The notes below the pieces were generated by a model. It searched no databases. It was given only the letters and a program-made list of their open reading frames with translations, and was not told the DNA's origin. From contig CACOLU010000002.1 in NCBI GenBank assembly GCA_902628045.1, positions 17,162 to 81,161 of the forward strand: DNA of 64,000 nt. The letters are read 5' to 3'. Shown in pieces: positions 21,001 to 31,353 of the stretch. A program made the position numbers and the translations under genes. The stretch comes from an uncultured Candidatus Actinomarina sp. (GTDB taxonomy: Bacteria; Actinomycetota; Acidimicrobiia; Actinomarinales; Actinomarinaceae). Each line of letters opens with the position of its first letter. Positions within the stretch are counted from its first letter, which is position 1.

Positions 21001-21242
21001 GGCTCAATCATTATGCATTCCCCAGGACACTCTTCAGCTGATTCAACAACAGCTTCTTCTTGTCCATTAGGAACAACAGCTATACCTTCTGCACCACCAA
21101 CATTGCCATTTTCTTCGGAGAATATTTTGTCTCCTTCTTTAACATAAAACAGTCCATCATCAAGACCAACAAAAACATCAGGCGCAATTTCTTCACATAA
21201 GCCGTCGCCTGTGCATAAATCTTGATCTATCCAAACTTTCAT
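20997..21242 (-). CDS. single-cluster ferredoxin (CxxxxxC...CP type)
   Basis: 81 aa with MKVWIDQDLCTGDGLCEEIAPDVF... and a C-terminal ECPGECI. Typical small actinobacterial Fdx. Confidence 0.85.
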   Translation of the reverse strand: MKVWIDQDLCTGDGLCEEIAPDVFVGLDDGLFYVKEGDKIFSEENGNVGGAEGIAVVPNGQEEAVVESAEECPGECIMIEP

Positions 21243-21353
21243 AATGTATATTTTACAATACTGCAGACATATATAAATTTTTAAGATTAATTTTATTTAT
21301 TTATATTTGTAAAATTAGACTATGTTTTCAAAATTTCAAATACGATTTAATTA

Positions 21354-22187
21354 ATGAAAAACGTATTAAGAAGAGTAATAGAATTATTAAATCTGTTAAG
21401 TGAGAACAACAACTTATCAACAGAAAATATAAAAGATAGCATATCTGACTATAGAGATTTAAATCAACAAGCTTTCAGGCGATCATTTGAAAGAGATAAG
21501 AATTTGTTACGTTCCTTTGGCTATTTGATAGAGTATGAAAATGATAAATGGTCGTATGATAAAGGTTACTCACTATCAGGTTATTCAATTTATAATTCGA
21601 TCATTAAATCTGAAAAGATTAGTAGTGATAAATTAGTAAATACTTATTTATATCTTAAAAAATATTTATCAAAAAGTAATTATGACAACGATAAAAGAGA
21701 AATAATATCAAAGATCCTCCAATCTATTAATGAAAAAAGACGAGTTGGATTTGATTACCTTGATAAATATAGAAAGGTAAAACCCCAAGGGCTAAAATAT
21801 TTTGATAATAAATGGTATTTAGCTGGTGAAGAAAGTGGGTTATTAAAGACATTTAATTTAGAACAGATAAATAATTTAAAGATTGGAAATAAAACAGATT
21901 TATTTCAAATTGAAAACAAAAATTTTCCTTTTTCATGGGATAAAGAAAAATACTCTACCGAAGTAACAATAAAATTGAAAAAAAACTTATATGATGTAAA
22001 TAAAAATATATTTGCACATAACAAAGTAGATATAGAAATTAATGATAAATTTTTACAATGTAAAGTATCTACAAATGACAACTATGGTTTAGTAAAATTT
22101 TTACTTCTGTTAGATGATGAAGTTGAGATTATAAAAATAAATACATCAGATAATATTAGGGAATTACTAGATGTCCAAAAAAATTGA
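21354..22187 (+). CDS. HTH + WYL domain transcriptional regulator, PafB/PafC-like
   Basis: Has an N-terminal wHTH (RRVIELLNLLSENNNLS), the family motif FRRSFERDKNLLRSFGY, and a WYL domain (VKPQGLKYFDNKWYLAGEE..LKTFNLEQI). Confidence 0.7.
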   Translation: MKNVLRRVIELLNLLSENNNLSTENIKDSISDYRDLNQQAFRRSFERDKNLLRSFGYLIEYENDKWSYDKGYSLSGYSIYNSIIKSEKISSDKLVNTYLYLKKYLSKSNYDNDKREIISKILQSINEKRRVGFDYLDKYRKVKPQGLKYFDNKWYLAGEESGLLKTFNLEQINNLKIGNKTDLFQIENKNFPFSWDKEKYSTEVTIKLKKNLYDVNKNIFAHNKVDIEINDKFLQCKVSTNDNYGLVKFLLLLDDEVEIIKINTSDNIRELLDVQKN

Positions 22188-23028
22188 TCTTCAATTAATT
22201 ATGAATGTACTTTCCTTAGTGCAAAATAAAGAAAAATGGAATTTACCTAATCTTTCCAAAAAATTAAACATAAAAGAGAAAGAGATATTTTACGTATTGT
22301 CAGTAGTTACTGATATTTATTCACAACAAGGTGAATTATTAATTGACTATGAATATGATGATAAAAATCAAGAATTATTGTTTAACATTAATCCTTCTTT
22401 AAAAAATATAATTCAAATTAATGATGGAGAGTTATTCAATTTAATTTTTTTGTTATCTTCTAATTTAATTTATAAAGAGTTGATTAAAAACAACAGTGAT
22501 GTTGAAGAGTTTTTTAATGTAGTTAGTCCATATTTTAATTTGGAAATACTACAAGATAATGATGGTGTTTTTGAAAACTTATCATTTTTTGAAGAAAATA
22601 TAATTTCATACATCAAACTAGGATCAACACAGGCTGCTTTTTACAGAATTCAACCAATTTTATTGACAACTAATAATGATGGAATTGTATTGGAAGCTAT
22701 TGATTTAAACGATGAAAAATTAAAAACTTTTTTACTTAATAGAATTGTAGATTCATTATCTATAGAAGACTTTAGAGAAAGTAAAAAATCTAATAAAATA
22801 GAAATTATTATGAAGTTCACACATACAAATGAAAAAGTTCTTTCAGATATAAACCAAAATGATTATCAATTAAAAGATAAGTATGTAGAAGCTAAATTTT
22901 ATTCCGAATCAAACGCTTTAAATTTTATAATTAAAAATTATGAATACATTGAAATTATGTCCCCACAGTCATTAATAAATGAATTTAAAAGAAGAAAAGA
23001 TAAATTAAAAAAGAAATTAATGATATGA
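22171..23028 (+). CDS. second HTH/WYL-like regulator subunit, PafC-like (degenerate WYL)
   Basis: Overlaps the previous gene by 17 nt and has the same size class. Has N-terminal HTH-like LSLVQNKEKWNLPNLSKKLNIKEKEI, and a central AAFYRIQPILLTTNNDGIVLEAIDL..LKTFLLNRI resembling a WYL fold without the W-Y-L triad. Confidence 0.5.
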   Translation: MSKKIDLQLIMNVLSLVQNKEKWNLPNLSKKLNIKEKEIFYVLSVVTDIYSQQGELLIDYEYDDKNQELLFNINPSLKNIIQINDGELFNLIFLLSSNLIYKELIKNNSDVEEFFNVVSPYFNLEILQDNDGVFENLSFFEENIISYIKLGSTQAAFYRIQPILLTTNNDGIVLEAIDLNDEKLKTFLLNRIVDSLSIEDFRESKKSNKIEIIMKFTHTNEKVLSDINQNDYQLKDKYVEAKFYSESNALNFIIKNYEYIEIMSPQSLINEFKRRKDKLKKKLMI

Positions 23029-23195
23029 GTCTAATTGAACTAACAATAATAATTTTCATATCATTTGGATTTCTAAATGGAGATAAAATTAAAAAATTAT
23101 TTCAAGTATTTGACAGTTCTAAATCTGATCAAATAAGAAAAGTCATAGGTGATGAAACAATAGAACAAAAATGGATTTGGTTGGAAGAGGAATAG
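23025..23195 (+). CDS. candidate TatA-like protein (56 aa, not in ORF track)
   Basis: My own translation gives MSLIELTIIIFISFGFLNGDKIKKLFQVFDSSKSDQIRK..., i.e. TM helix, F-G hinge, then amphipathic helix. ATGA overlap with the upstream gene. It occupies the tatA slot between pafC and tatC. The sequence is very divergent. Confidence 0.45.
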   Translation: MSLIELTIIIFISFGFLNGDKIKKLFQVFDSSKSDQIRKVIGDETIEQKWIWLEEE

Positions 23196-23893
23196 CTTTG
23201 GACAATAAAAATTTTTTTGAACATTTTAAAGAATTAAACTACAGAGTAATCACCTCACTATTCATAGTTTCAATAATTTTCACAATAGTCTATACAAATT
23301 ACAGCTCAGTCTATGAAATACTAACTACACCATTATTGAATGCTGGATATTCAACCGACGAACTTGTTGCTTTTACTATATATGAAGGTTTTCAAGTTAA
23401 GATTTTAAATTCATTTTTTGTTTCTCTGGCAATATCACTTCCTATTGTTGTGTTCATTATTGGTTATTTCTTCAAACCTGCTTTTGAAAAATTAACACAT
23501 AAACTTTTTGTTTTGTATTTACTTCTTTTTATATCTTTATTTTATCTGGGTATATTTGCAGCATACAAAACTCTACCAATAGGTATTAATTTTTTATTAT
23601 CATTTAATGAATCTGACTTTATTTTAAGAACTCAAAATTATTTCCAACTGATTTCGAGAATATCAATCTTATTTGGTGTTACATTTCAAACCCCATTAGT
23701 AATTTATTTTTTAATTAAAAGAGGCATCATTAGTAGGGAAGTTTTTACAAATAATAGAAAAGAAATATTTGTTGGTGTGTTAGTTTTTTCTGCGATTATC
23801 ACACCAACTGGAGATCCTTTAACACTTTTTTTATTCACAATACCTTTGTATATGCTGATTGAGTTAGTTTTATATTTAAGTAAGAGCAAATAA
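23171..23893 (+). CDS. tatC: twin-arginine translocase subunit TatC
   Basis: 240 aa with 6 TM helices. Has the N-terminal FFEHFKELNYRVITSLF (HL.ELR.R motif) and ITPTGDPLT. Confidence 0.85.
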   Translation: MDLVGRGIALDNKNFFEHFKELNYRVITSLFIVSIIFTIVYTNYSSVYEILTTPLLNAGYSTDELVAFTIYEGFQVKILNSFFVSLAISLPIVVFIIGYFFKPAFEKLTHKLFVLYLLLFISLFYLGIFAAYKTLPIGINFLLSFNESDFILRTQNYFQLISRISILFGVTFQTPLVIYFLIKRGIISREVFTNNRKEIFVGVLVFSAIITPTGDPLTLFLFTIPLYMLIELVLYLSKSK

Positions 23894-23898
23894 AAGCA

Positions 23899-25764
23899 AT
23901 GTTTACACCTGATAAATTTCAAGTAGATGCAGTTAATGATGTAAAAAATGGTAACAATGTTCTAGTTGTAGCACCCACAGGTTCAGGAAAAACATATATC
24001 GCTGAAAAATCTATCGATCATTATTTATCAAAACAAAGAAATGTATTTTACACAACACCAATAAAGGCACTTTCCAACCAAAAATATAATGACTTTAATA
24101 GGCAGGGAATTAAGGCAGGCCTTTTAACAGGTGATAGAAGCATTGATAAAGAAGCAGAGTTAGTAATTGCAACTACAGAAATATTAAGAAATATGATTTT
24201 TAGTAAAGATAGAAAATTAAACAATACAGGATTAATTATCTTAGATGAAGTACATTATCTTGCTGACAAAGAAAGAGGAACTACGTGGGAAGAAATATTG
24301 ATTCATGCAAACAAAGAAATAAAGTTTCTTTCACTTTCTGCAACTATAAATAATAAGAATGAATTTTTAGATTGGATAGTATCATTGAGGGGAACAACTT
24401 CATTAATACATTCAACCACAAGGCCTGTTCCTTTAGAAATATCCATAATTGCTAGTTCTAAGTCAGATAAAGACTTAAAAATAATTAAATCTACTAAAGA
24501 TAAAAAAAACAAAAATATATTTAAAATTGAGAAAAAAAATTCGTTATTAAAAAAACCCAGCTTGAGCGAACAAGCTTTTTATTTAAATTCAAGAAACTTA
24601 TTTCCAGTTATATTTTTTTACTTTTCAAGAGAAAGAGTTGAATCAAGTGCAAGACAACTATCGAATAGTTTTAAATTAATTGAAAATAGAAATGAAATTA
24701 AGACTAAATATGAAGATGTTTTTGGAGACCTAACAACTGAAGAGCTAAGTCTTCTAAATCTCGATGAGCATATGTGGATGTGGTCAAGAGGTGTAGGCTA
24801 TCATCACGCTGGGCTTGCCCCAATTGTTAAGGAATTTGTAGAATACTTATTTTTAAATAAACATATAAAATTTCTCTTTGCTACTGAGACATTAGCTTTA
24901 GGAATTAATATGCCTGCCAAAGCCATATTTATTGATAGGTTGCATAAATATGATGGAATTAAAACAAGACCCATAACACAATCGGAGTTTTTGCAACTTA
25001 GTGGACGTGCTGGTAGACGTGGTATAGATGATAAGGGTTATGCTTTCTTATCGTATGATAGGAGTATAAATAAAGATTGGTATAGTAATCTTTTTACACT
25101 TAAATCCAGCAATTTAAATTCAGCATTTTCTGTAAGTTATTCATCTATATTGAGCTTGTTAAATATTTATAGCACCGAAGAATCAATAGAACTATTACAG
25201 AAAAGTTTTTTTGCATATCAAAATATGTTCAAAACTGAAAAGTTAGAAGAATTGTTTAAAGGAAAGCATAATGTATTAAATGAGCTTGGATTTATTAACT
25301 CTATAAAAGGTAAAGTTTTAAGCGAAACTTATAGAGATAATTTAATTCCAGCTATTCATTTATACCATACAGTGAAAGATCAAAGTATTGAGATGAAATT
25401 AATGTATGTTTCATCTGGAATAAGCAACGAAAAATTAGAATTTACACTTAAGGATGAATTTAATCATTTATTTAATAAATTTTATTCATCAGCAGAGCAA
25501 GTTAATAAAATTGAATATACAAACGGAATTAAAAAGCATACGCAAATTAATTTATCTTGGTTTAGTGTATTTTATGAGTATATGAAATCTGAAAATATTG
25601 AATATGTAATAAATAAATTTAATATAAATATAGGAGATTTTATTAAGGTAGCAAAAGAAGCTTCTGAAATATCCAAAAAGTTATCAGTTATTTATCAAGA
25701 TGATAATTTTGAAGAAATAAATAATATTTTTAATAATAATTTAATACAAAAAACTATGTCATGA
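23899..25764 (+). CDS. Ski2-like DEAD/DEAH-box helicase (HelY-like, short form)
   Basis: Contains motif I APTGSGKT, motif II DEVH, motif III SAT, and motif VI QLSGRAGRRG. At 621 aa it is shorter than the roughly 900-aa mycobacterial HelY. Confidence 0.85.
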   Translation: MFTPDKFQVDAVNDVKNGNNVLVVAPTGSGKTYIAEKSIDHYLSKQRNVFYTTPIKALSNQKYNDFNRQGIKAGLLTGDRSIDKEAELVIATTEILRNMIFSKDRKLNNTGLIILDEVHYLADKERGTTWEEILIHANKEIKFLSLSATINNKNEFLDWIVSLRGTTSLIHSTTRPVPLEISIIASSKSDKDLKIIKSTKDKKNKNIFKIEKKNSLLKKPSLSEQAFYLNSRNLFPVIFFYFSRERVESSARQLSNSFKLIENRNEIKTKYEDVFGDLTTEELSLLNLDEHMWMWSRGVGYHHAGLAPIVKEFVEYLFLNKHIKFLFATETLALGINMPAKAIFIDRLHKYDGIKTRPITQSEFLQLSGRAGRRGIDDKGYAFLSYDRSINKDWYSNLFTLKSSNLNSAFSVSYSSILSLLNIYSTEESIELLQKSFFAYQNMFKTEKLEELFKGKHNVLNELGFINSIKGKVLSETYRDNLIPAIHLYHTVKDQSIEMKLMYVSSGISNEKLEFTLKDEFNHLFNKFYSSAEQVNKIEYTNGIKKHTQINLSWFSVFYEYMKSENIEYVINKFNINIGDFIKVAKEASEISKKLSVIYQDDNFEEINNIFNNNLIQKTMS

Positions 25765-26636
25765 AAAAATATATTGTAATTCACAATCTAAATTCAAGAG
25801 GAAAAAACCTTTCGCAGGAATATATTGAGTATTTATTCAAAAGTAAAGACATTCCTTATATGTATTTTCCAACTTCAACAATAGATGAACTTAATAAAAT
25901 TATAGTCAAGTATTCAAATAGCAAAAAATATCAATATTGCGCTATTGGAGGAGATGGAAGTTTAAATTCATTAATTAATGCTTTAATGGCTAATAATGTT
26001 TTAAAACCTGAAGTTGCGTGTTTGCCAGCAGGAAGTGGATCTGATTTTATAAGAACTTTTGCACTCCCACAAAATATTGAAGAAGCAATAAACCACCTTA
26101 CTTCAGATTCCTATTACGATATCGATGTTGGGAGAGTCGTAGCTAAAAATAAATCAAGATATTTCATAAATGTTCTTAACATAGGGTTTTTGGCTTCTGC
26201 AGTGGAAGTGAGTGAAAAAATGCCAAAAATTATTCGCAGATTTAGATACCCCATTAGTTTTTGGATAAAAATATTTTTCGCAAAAGCACAAAAAATTGGG
26301 TTAAATTTAGGAAATTTTGAATTTAATAGTAAGGCGTTTAATATATGTGTCTGCAATGCACAATATTTTGGTGGCGGCTGGAATATTTCACCAAAATCAA
26401 GCTTACAAGATGGTAAGTTCAATATTCAAATATTTGCTGTATCAAAACTCAAAGCAATGAAAATATTTTTTTTAGCTCAGAAAGGCTTACACCTCAAAGA
26501 GCCTGATGTAATTGTGCGAAAAGCTTCAGAAATATTGTTAAAAAGTCATGATCCAATAGAGATTGACGGAGATTATTTTGCTAATGGGCCAGCAAATATA
26601 ATTATTGAAAATTTAGCCATACGTTTTAAAATTTAG
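25761..26636 (+). CDS. diacylglycerol/lipid kinase family protein (YegS/BmrU-like)
   Basis: 291 aa with the catalytic-domain motif AIGGDGSLNSLINAL and PAGSGSDF. Confidence 0.85.
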   Translation: MKKYIVIHNLNSRGKNLSQEYIEYLFKSKDIPYMYFPTSTIDELNKIIVKYSNSKKYQYCAIGGDGSLNSLINALMANNVLKPEVACLPAGSGSDFIRTFALPQNIEEAINHLTSDSYYDIDVGRVVAKNKSRYFINVLNIGFLASAVEVSEKMPKIIRRFRYPISFWIKIFFAKAQKIGLNLGNFEFNSKAFNICVCNAQYFGGGWNISPKSSLQDGKFNIQIFAVSKLKAMKIFFLAQKGLHLKEPDVIVRKASEILLKSHDPIEIDGDYFANGPANIIIENLAIRFKI

Positions 26637-26663
26637 TAATATTTAAGTCAAGTTAGGAGTAAC

Positions 26664-27023
26664 ATGGCTAAAAAAGACAATGAAGAAATAGATGAACCTA
26701 CCCTTGAAGATTTAGAAGAGGAAGATATCGATGAGATTGAAGCTCCTCAAGAAGAAGAAGAAAAAGAAGAAGTTGAAACAGAATCCCTAGAAGCAAGGGT
26801 TGAAACAGAAAAAAAATCAGTAGATGATGCAGATGAAGCTGAGGGATCATTCATGTCTGTTGATGCTGCCGAAAAAAGAAATGTTAAAAGTTCAGATTTA
26901 AAATTAGATGAAATTGCTGATGACAAAACAGATGATGAATTCACTTGTTCGGTTTGTTTTTTAGTACTAAGAAATACACAATTAGCAAAACCAAGATCTA
27001 AAGTATGCGCTGATTGTGCATAA
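26664..27023 (+). CDS. DUF4193-like protein (acidic N-terminus, C-terminal zinc ribbon)
   Basis: 119 aa with a highly acidic N-terminal half. The C-terminus FTCSVCFLVLRNTQLA....VCADCA (CxxC..CxxC) is typical of the actinobacterial DUF4193 family. Confidence 0.7.
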   Translation: MAKKDNEEIDEPTLEDLEEEDIDEIEAPQEEEEKEEVETESLEARVETEKKSVDDADEAEGSFMSVDAAEKRNVKSSDLKLDEIADDKTDDEFTCSVCFLVLRNTQLAKPRSKVCADCA

Positions 27024-27459
27024 GCATAACGATTTTGGTCTTACATTCACTTTGGAAACTGATACTGAAATTCCAAGTAATCTAACTGAATCATTTTTAA
27101 AGAGAATGTCTAATATAGACGAAAATTTATTAACTTACTATAAAAATATTGAATTTACTAAAGTTAAAAATTTTTTACTTTTGTGTGGAGAGGAGCCCAT
27201 AGGGTATGCAAAGTTAGTTGAAGATAAACAATATTCACTCCTGACAGAAATTTTTATTAAAGATGAATTTAGAGAACTTTCATTGGGAACTTTTCTTTTA
27301 AATTGTATTAGAGATTACGTTGAGTCAATAGAATCTTTATTAAGAACAATTACTTTACCAAGCGATAGAGTTGCAAAGAACTTCTATGAGGCAAGTGGAA
27401 TAACAGCCAGAATTCTATTAATGGAGGAAAAACGTGACCATAATCGCTACAGACCTTGA
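27016..27459 (+). CDS. putative GNAT-family N-acetyltransferase
   Basis: 147 aa. GYAKLVE..LLTEIFIKDEFRELSLGTFLLNCI resembles GNAT motif A only loosely. GTG start. Confidence 0.4.
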   Translation: MHKHNDFGLTFTLETDTEIPSNLTESFLKRMSNIDENLLTYYKNIEFTKVKNFLLLCGEEPIGYAKLVEDKQYSLLTEIFIKDEFRELSLGTFLLNCIRDYVESIESLLRTITLPSDRVAKNFYEASGITARILLMEEKRDHNRYRP

Positions 27460-28186
27460 CGGTACTATATACAAAGGGCAAACTCTTATTGATGATGTTA
27501 AAAATGGCGTACTAGAAATTATTAACGCTGGTATTGAAATATACTTTACAACCAATAACAGCTCTCAATCTCCAAACGAGATAAAAGAAAAGCTTGATAA
27601 TTTACTTCAATTAAATTTAGATATGACAAAAATTATTACACCATTAGTTATTTTTCAAAGTCTATATTCAGGTAGCAATAAAGATATATATATTTATGGA
27701 TCTGATAATTTAATAAATTTCATTAAAAAATTGAACATGAACGTTACAAACTTAGAAAATGCAGAATTGATATTAATTGGGCGTAAAGAGGAAAATAATA
27801 ACTATGAAATTAATCAAATTTTAAAAAATGTAAGCTTAGGAAAAGAAATACTGTGTCTAAATAAGGATCTTACATTTCCAACTGAGCTTGGAGAGAGGCC
27901 CGGGAATGGTGCAGTTGTAAAGATCATAGAAGATAATTTGTCAATTGATATTCCAACCTTAGGAAAATCTGGAAATCTTTACAGTTCATATTTCATCAAA
28001 AATAATATAGATATAAGTTTTGTAGTAGGTGATAGAGTTGATACAGATATAATTTTTGGTAAAAATCTAAATGCCCAAACATTTTTAGTATCTACAGGAA
28101 TCAAAAATTATTTAGATGTCAATATTGCTGATGTGCAATTAAATAAATTTTCAGACATTGTACCTTTTATTACTAAAAATTCTTAA
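27434..28186 (+). CDS. HAD-IIA family hydrolase (NagD-like)
   Basis: Contains DxDGT (ATDLDGTIY), FTTNNSS and VVGDRVDTDIIFG. GTG start. Confidence 0.7.
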   Translation: MTIIATDLDGTIYKGQTLIDDVKNGVLEIINAGIEIYFTTNNSSQSPNEIKEKLDNLLQLNLDMTKIITPLVIFQSLYSGSNKDIYIYGSDNLINFIKKLNMNVTNLENAELILIGRKEENNNYEINQILKNVSLGKEILCLNKDLTFPTELGERPGNGAVVKIIEDNLSIDIPTLGKSGNLYSSYFIKNNIDISFVVGDRVDTDIIFGKNLNAQTFLVSTGIKNYLDVNIADVQLNKFSDIVPFITKNS

Positions 28187-28858
28187 TAAAAGATAACCAA
28201 ATATAAATCCACCTACGTGTGCTTCCCAAGAAATATTTTGGTCACCTAGTGCAATAAATATTTGAGAAATAAACCAAAATATCATAAAAAATTTAGCTTT
28301 GATTGTTGTTGGAAATAAAAAACCAAATGGAACTAGAACCAGTAGCTTTGCATTAGGAAACATGTATACATAAGCACCCATTAAGCCTGACACAATTCCT
28401 GATGCTCCAACTATAGGAATTAAACTATCTTGATTTAGATAAGCGTGAGAAATAATACTTGTCATTCCAACGATTAATAAAAAAAATAAATAGTTTAACT
28501 TACCGAGTTTATCTTCAACGTTATTTCCAAAAATCCAAAAACTCCACAGGTTACCTAATATGTGAAGAAAGTTTGCATGAAAAAAATTTGCAAAGATGAC
28601 GCTAAGATATAAATTTTTTTCTGGAAATATAATTTTGAATTGATCATAGAAACAATTGTTGTTGTAAAATTGCGACTCTGATAATGGAGCAAAATTCACA
28701 ATTTCACACGGTATTGCAGAATATTGATAAAAGAAATTTATTAATTCAATTTGGTTCTTTGGTTGAATCAAAATAAATATTAATACTGCTGATATCATAA
28801 ATATTCTTGAAATAACTGGGGTATTTTTTGCGGGGTTTATATCAGATATAGGTATCAC
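28151..28858 (-). CDS. rhomboid family intramembrane serine protease
   Basis: Contains FFHANFLHILGNLW (H-x4-H-x3-N) and GASGIVSGLMGAY (GxSG), plus a distal His (EAHVGGF). Confidence 0.85.
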   Translation of the reverse strand: MIPISDINPAKNTPVISRIFMISAVLIFILIQPKNQIELINFFYQYSAIPCEIVNFAPLSESQFYNNNCFYDQFKIIFPEKNLYLSVIFANFFHANFLHILGNLWSFWIFGNNVEDKLGKLNYLFFLLIVGMTSIISHAYLNQDSLIPIVGASGIVSGLMGAYVYMFPNAKLLVLVPFGFLFPTTIKAKFFMIFWFISQIFIALGDQNISWEAHVGGFIFGYLLLRIFSNKRYNV

Positions 28859-28892
28859 TTTATGAACATTATAAGTCTCCTATAATGTATAT

Positions 28893-29690
28893 ATGATAAA
28901 GTTGGGAATTGTTTCTTCAAAAAAATATCTAAGATCAAAACAATCTACCGAGTTTTTTAGGTACTTAGATAGTAAAAATATAAGTTATAAAAAATTAATA
29001 CTTGAAGATAAAAATTATGATAATGAGTCTAAAGATAACTTTAATTTAATTATAAGTATTGGTGGTGATGGAACTGCTCTAAAAGCAATGAAATTAGGCT
29101 GGAGTAATTCTGCCCCTGTTTTAAACCTTGGAACAGGTCGAGTTGGTTATTTAGTTAAATCTTTTGAAAATATTAATTTACAAAAAGTCATAAAAGGTGA
29201 TATGAATAATTTCAAAACCAGAGTTCCAATTATTCAAAATAATCAAGAGGGGGAGCCAGCATTTAATGAAATAGTTGTAATAAAAAACTCTCCAACAAGA
29301 ATGTTAGATATAAAAATAGAAACATATGACCAAGAAGTTACATTAAGAGCTGATGGAGTAATAATTTCAACTTCAATGGGATCTACGGCATATAATTATT
29401 CAGCAGGAGGTCCTATAGTCCATGCAAGCATAGATTCATTAATAATTACTCCAATATCTCCTTTTACAAAATTCCCAAGATCAATTGTATTAGATAAAAA
29501 TTCTGAAATAAAAATTACAGTGTTAAAGAATCAGGATTTCTCTGTTCAGTTTGACGGTATTGAACTACAACAATGCAACGAAATTAAAGACTTAACTTTT
29601 ACTTATAAATTATCAGCTAATCAACTTAAAGTTTTAGAAGAAAATAATAAACCAAAATTAGATCACTTTTTAAACCAAATACTTAGATAA
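28893..29690 (+). CDS. nadK: NAD kinase
   Basis: Contains ISIGGDGTALKA, AFNEIVV and DGVIISTSMGSTAYNYSAGGPIV. Confidence 0.88.
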   Translation: MIKLGIVSSKKYLRSKQSTEFFRYLDSKNISYKKLILEDKNYDNESKDNFNLIISIGGDGTALKAMKLGWSNSAPVLNLGTGRVGYLVKSFENINLQKVIKGDMNNFKTRVPIIQNNQEGEPAFNEIVVIKNSPTRMLDIKIETYDQEVTLRADGVIISTSMGSTAYNYSAGGPIVHASIDSLIITPISPFTKFPRSIVLDKNSEIKITVLKNQDFSVQFDGIELQQCNEIKDLTFTYKLSANQLKVLEENNKPKLDHFLNQILR

Positions 29691-29727
29691 TTCTTCCTAA
29701 TAAAAATAAACCTGTTATTATTTTGAC

Positions 29728-31353
29728 GTGACTAAATACATATTCGTCACTGGCGGTGTAGTCTCTGGTCTAGGCAAAGGGATTACTTCAGCGTCTCTAG
29801 GAAACTTGCTCAAAGCTAGAGGCTTATCAGTTGTCAATCAAAAATTAGATCCTTATATTAATGTTGATCCCGATACCATGAATCCTTTTCAACATGGTGA
29901 AGTATTTGTAACTGAAGATGGTGCCACAACAGATTTGGATTTAGGACATTACGAGAGATTTACTGGAGTTAATTTAAGAAAAGATGCAAATGTTACAACG
30001 GGCAGTATTTATAGGAAAGTAATTGAAAGAGAGCGAAAAGGTGACTACCTGGGTGCGACAGTACAAGTTATTCCCCATATTACAGATGAAATTAAGAGAA
30101 GAATCAAAGGTATTTCAAATGATGTAGATGTACAAATTACTGAAATAGGTGGTACAGTTGGCGATATTGAAATTCTACCTTTTCTAGAAGCGGCAAGACA
30201 AATTAGAAAAGAGTTTGGCCAAGAAAATGTAATGTTCGTTCATGTTACTTTGATACCTTTTATTAGTCCAAGTACAGAACTTAAAACTAAACCAACACAA
30301 CATTCAGTATCAATGTTAAGAAGTTATGGTATAAGTCCTGATTTAATTGTTTTAAGATCTGAACAAGAACTAACTGATGAAATCAAAAGTAAAGTTTCAC
30401 TTTTTTGCGATGTGAATTATGAAAATGTTATTAATGCACCTGATCTTGAAGATATTTATGATATTCCTATAAAAATGTATGAAGAGGGTTTAGATACCGC
30501 TGTTAATAAACGTTTGGAATTAAATTCTAATTCTCCGGATTTATCAGGTTGGAAAGACATGCTTTCATTAAAAAAAGGTGTTGATCAAAATGTTAAGATA
30601 GCAATTCTTGGAAAATATTTTGGTCTACCCGATAGCTATATGTCAGTAGTTGAAGCTTTAAAACATTCTTGTCTTCAAAATAAAGTTAATCTAGATTTAG
30701 TTTGGATTGATTCTGATGATTATGAAATTGATGACCTTAGTAGTTTGAATGGGGTAGTTGTTCCAGGTGGTTTTGGGTACAGGGGGATTGAGGGAAAAAT
30801 TAGAGCAATTGAGTATCTCAGAGTAAATAAGATACCTTTTCTTGGAATCTGTTTAGGTTTACAATGTGCTGTAATTGAATTTGCTCGTAATGTATGTGGA
30901 ATTTCTGATGCAAATTCTACGGAGTTTTCTCAAACTACAAAAAATCCAATTATAGATTTATTACCTAATCAAGATTTAGAAACAGATGATGTCGGTGCAT
31001 CAATGAGACTCGGTACTTATCCTTGTAAAATTCAACCAAACACTTCAGCAAAAATGATATATAATAACGAAATTATTTACGAACGTCACAGACATAGATA
31101 TGAAGTTAACAATAAGTTCAGAAATGATTTGGAATCAGAAGGTCTAGTATTTAGCGGATTATCACCTGATGAAGATTTAGTAGAAATGATTGAAATTAAA
31201 GACCATCCGTACTTTATAGCTTCACAGTTTCATCCTGAATTTAAATCAAGGCCATGGGACCCAGCGCCTATGTTCTATTCATTTATAGCGGCATCAAAAG
31301 AGATAAAATTTTTTGATGAAAATGTTAAAGATGAACATAAAGTCAAAGATTAA
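29728..31353 (+). CDS. pyrG: CTP synthase
   Basis: 541 aa. Contains [17 protein letters not shown], the GATase region FLGICLGLQ, and [11 protein letters not shown] start. Confidence 0.97.
   Translation: MTKYIFVTGGVVSGLGKGITSASLGNLLKARGLSVVNQKLDPYINVDPDTMNPFQHGEVFVTEDGATTDLDLGHYERFTGVNLRKDANVTTGSIYRKVIERERKGDYLGATVQVIPHITDEIKRRIKGISNDVDVQITEIGGTVGDIEILPFLEAARQIRKEFGQENVMFVHVTLIPFISPSTELKTKPTQHSVSMLRSYGISPDLIVLRSEQELTDEIKSKVSLFCDVNYENVINAPDLEDIYDIPIKMYEEGLDTAVNKRLELNSNSPDLSGWKDMLSLKKGVDQNVKIAILGKYFGLPDSYMSVVEALKHSCLQNKVNLDLVWIDSDDYEIDDLSSLNGVVVPGGFGYRGIEGKIRAIEYLRVNKIPFLGICLGLQCAVIEFARNVCGISDANSTEFSQTTKNPIIDLLPNQDLETDDVGASMRLGTYPCKIQPNTSAKMIYNNEIIYERHRHRYEVNNKFRNDLESEGLVFSGLSPDEDLVEMIEIKDHPYFIASQFHPEFKSRPWDPAPMFYSFIAASKEIKFFDENVKDEHKVKD

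Noticed and set aside
26664-26900. A GAA/GAT-rich acidic low-complexity stretch that looked like a possible tandem repeat.
   Set aside because: There is no exact repeat unit. It encodes the acidic N-terminal half of a DUF4193-like protein with an intact C-terminal zinc ribbon.
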